Source: a virus
Lineage: Duplodnaviria > Caudoviricetes
IMG/VR virus record: IMGVR_UViG_2740892201_000001
Location: 1 to 64,000 of that record
DNA: 64,000 bases
Strand: one strand, 5' to 3'
Both the position numbers and the translations under genes were made by a program. This document shows positions 62,408-64,000 of this stretch, one piece after another. The notes below the pieces were generated by a model that was given only the letters and a program-made list of their open reading frames with translations, was not told the origin of the DNA and searched no databases. The first letter of the stretch is position 1, and each line of letters opens with the position of its first letter.

Positions 62408-63865
62408 ATGGAAGTGATGATTGATGGCATTCGCTATGCGCCGATAACTGAACGGCCATCGAATATCGGTATCGCCATCAGCACCCATAATCGCCATGAC
62501 GTCATTTCCCGCTCACTGGATCACCAACTAAAGTTTCTGCCAGCCGGTGCGCTGGTGGTCGTTATTGATGATGGTTCAGCAATACCAGTGACAGCGCCTG
62601 AAGGTGTAAAGGTCATTCGGCATGACGCATCTCGCGGCATTGTGGCCGCTAAGAACGCGAGCCTTGAGGCGCTGATTGATTCCGGTTGTGAGCATCTCTT
62701 TCTGTGGGACGATGATGCCTGGCCGATTGCTGGTGGCTGGGAGCGCCCCTACATCGAATCACCTGAGCCGCATCTGGCTTACCAGTTTCAGGACTTTGCC
62801 ACAGGTCAGAAACTGAATGATATTGCGGTGCTTTATCGTGATGACCGGCATGTAGCCTATACCGGCCAGCGCGGCGTGATGCTCTATTACCACCGCAGCG
62901 CGATAGAGAAGGTTGGCGGGTTCGATTCCATCTATCAGCGCGGCATGTACGAGCACTCAGATTTAGCGCTGCGCATCCACAATGCCGGGTTAACGAGCTG
63001 GGCGTTCGCTGATGTGACTGGTTCAGGCAAGCTGATTTATTCGCTTGATGAACATCAGGCTGTAGAACGTTCAGTACCAAAGCCTGACCGTGAAGCGCAG
63101 GTGAAGCGCAACGTCACGATTCACAATGAGCGCAGGAACAGCGGTTACACCGGTTACGCAGACTACCGGCAGCAGCGCAACGTGGTAATTACCACACTGC
63201 TGACCAGCCAGCCGGACCCGCAGCGCGGCACCAGAATCACGCCATCGCCTGACCTGCTGGCTGAATGGGCGGCATCGGTAAAAGGTGGTGACGCTGTGGT
63301 GCTGGCCGATGAGCTGACTACTGCACCTGCAGGCGCATCGCTGGTAGCCGTCCCTGATGTGAAGATGAACGTCTACTTCAGGCGCTGGCTGCATATCTGG
63401 CAGCACCTGCGCGATCATCCTGAATATCATTACGTCTGGTGTACCGATGTTACTGACGTTGAGATGCTGCGTGAACCGTGGCAAGGGATGGAGCAGGGCA
63501 AAATTTACGCTGGTTCCGAACCTAAAACCTACGCAGACGCATGGGCGAAGCAGCAGCATCCTGAAGGTGTCTATCAGGCATTTCTCTCTGAACACCAGAA
63601 TGAAGTGATGCTGAATGCAGGCCTTCTCGGTGGCAGTCGTGCAGACGTAATGGCAATAGCGCACGGTATTATCCGGCTGTATTACCACCTCGAATCGCTG
63701 CGCTTCTGGAGTCAGGAAGTAAGTGCAGCGGCTGTTGGCGACATGATTGCCTTTGGCATAGTGGCTCATCGCTACAGCGACAGGCTGGTGACCGGCCCAT
63801 ATGTGCACACAGTATTTAAGTCAGAAGGCATCGGTAAGGAGTTCGCCTGGTGGAAGCACAAATAA
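62408..63865 (+). CDS. Two-domain GT-A glycosyltransferase (GT2 plus second DxxD domain)
   Basis: IAISTHNR, VIDDGS, KNA.L, LWDDD, GGFD, EH.D; second domain WCTDVTDV, LNAGLLGG. Confidence 0.85.
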   Translation: MEVMIDGIRYAPITERPSNIGIAISTHNRHDVISRSLDHQLKFLPAGALVVVIDDGSAIPVTAPEGVKVIRHDASRGIVAAKNASLEALIDSGCEHLFLWDDDAWPIAGGWERPYIESPEPHLAYQFQDFATGQKLNDIAVLYRDDRHVAYTGQRGVMLYYHRSAIEKVGGFDSIYQRGMYEHSDLALRIHNAGLTSWAFADVTGSGKLIYSLDEHQAVERSVPKPDREAQVKRNVTIHNERRNSGYTGYADYRQQRNVVITTLLTSQPDPQRGTRITPSPDLLAEWAASVKGGDAVVLADELTTAPAGASLVAVPDVKMNVYFRRWLHIWQHLRDHPEYHYVWCTDVTDVEMLREPWQGMEQGKIYAGSEPKTYADAWAKQQHPEGVYQAFLSEHQNEVMLNAGLLGGSRADVMAIAHGIIRLYYHLESLRFWSQEVSAAAVGDMIAFGIVAHRYSDRLVTGPYVHTVFKSEGIGKEFAWWKHK

Positions 63866-64000
63866 GTTTTGTGGTTGTGGGCCATCACTCACGCAGGCAT
63901 CAGGCAGAACGCCTTGCACAGCTGCTTAACGCTCACCTGCTGATTGATGAGGATCATCATGGCGCGAACTGGAACCATCGCCGCGCCATCGATTGGGCCA
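63850..64000 (+). CDS. Probable second glycosyltransferase (partial, GTG start)
   Basis: TAAGGAG SD; MEAQISFVVVGHHSRRHQAERLA...DEDHHGANWNHRRA. Confidence 0.6.
   Translation, partial: MEAQISFVVVGHHSRRHQAERLAQLLNAHLLIDEDHHGANWNHRRAIDWA

Larger units (their letters stand above)
46330..64000. mobile_element. Prophage 2 (SfV/ST64B-like layout, lambda-type immunity), truncated at right edge; left boundary approximate
   Basis: int-xis, early-left genes, cI/cro, ymfL, rep, rusA, antirepressor, DUF968, Q, lysis genes. Confidence 0.9.

Overview
The window is almost entirely prophage DNA from an enterobacterial host: two temperate phages sit on either side of a tRNA-Arg(CCT) (argW-type, 46147-46221, minus strand). 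Prophage 1 (from before position 1 to ~46146) is nearly complete. It has an IntS/TorI-type integration module, lambdoid early genes (RecE/RecT, cIII, N, cI/cro/cII, O/P, nin, Q), an unusual lysis cassette, a P22-like terminase and an epsilon15/BPP-1/T7-like podovirus virion module. It also has a modular tail-fibre/tailspike set, a four-gene gtr glucosylation locus, a non-coding block of stacked small-RNA-like units and a LexA-controlled HumD-like operon. Prophage 2 (~46330 to beyond 64000, truncated) has an SfV/ST64B-like gene layout but a near-copy of the phage lambda cI/cro/OR/OL switch, no recognisable N gene or boxA, a lysis cassette and two tandem glycosyltransferases. The most unusual signals are: (i) a repeated element in prophage 2, a WUGCAG-loop hairpin plus a UGUGUGGAG extended Shine-Dalgarno, in front of xis, DUF1317, antirepressor and Q, with the complement displayed in a hairpin loop of the late leader; (ii) six promoter/terminator sRNA-like units, one family shared by both prophages; (iii) three flagellar sigma-28 promoters driving prophage cargo; (iv) a possibly daisy-chained receptor-binding apparatus; (v) candidate virion glycosyltransferases. 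Family assignments come from motif recognition and recall only; no searches were run.
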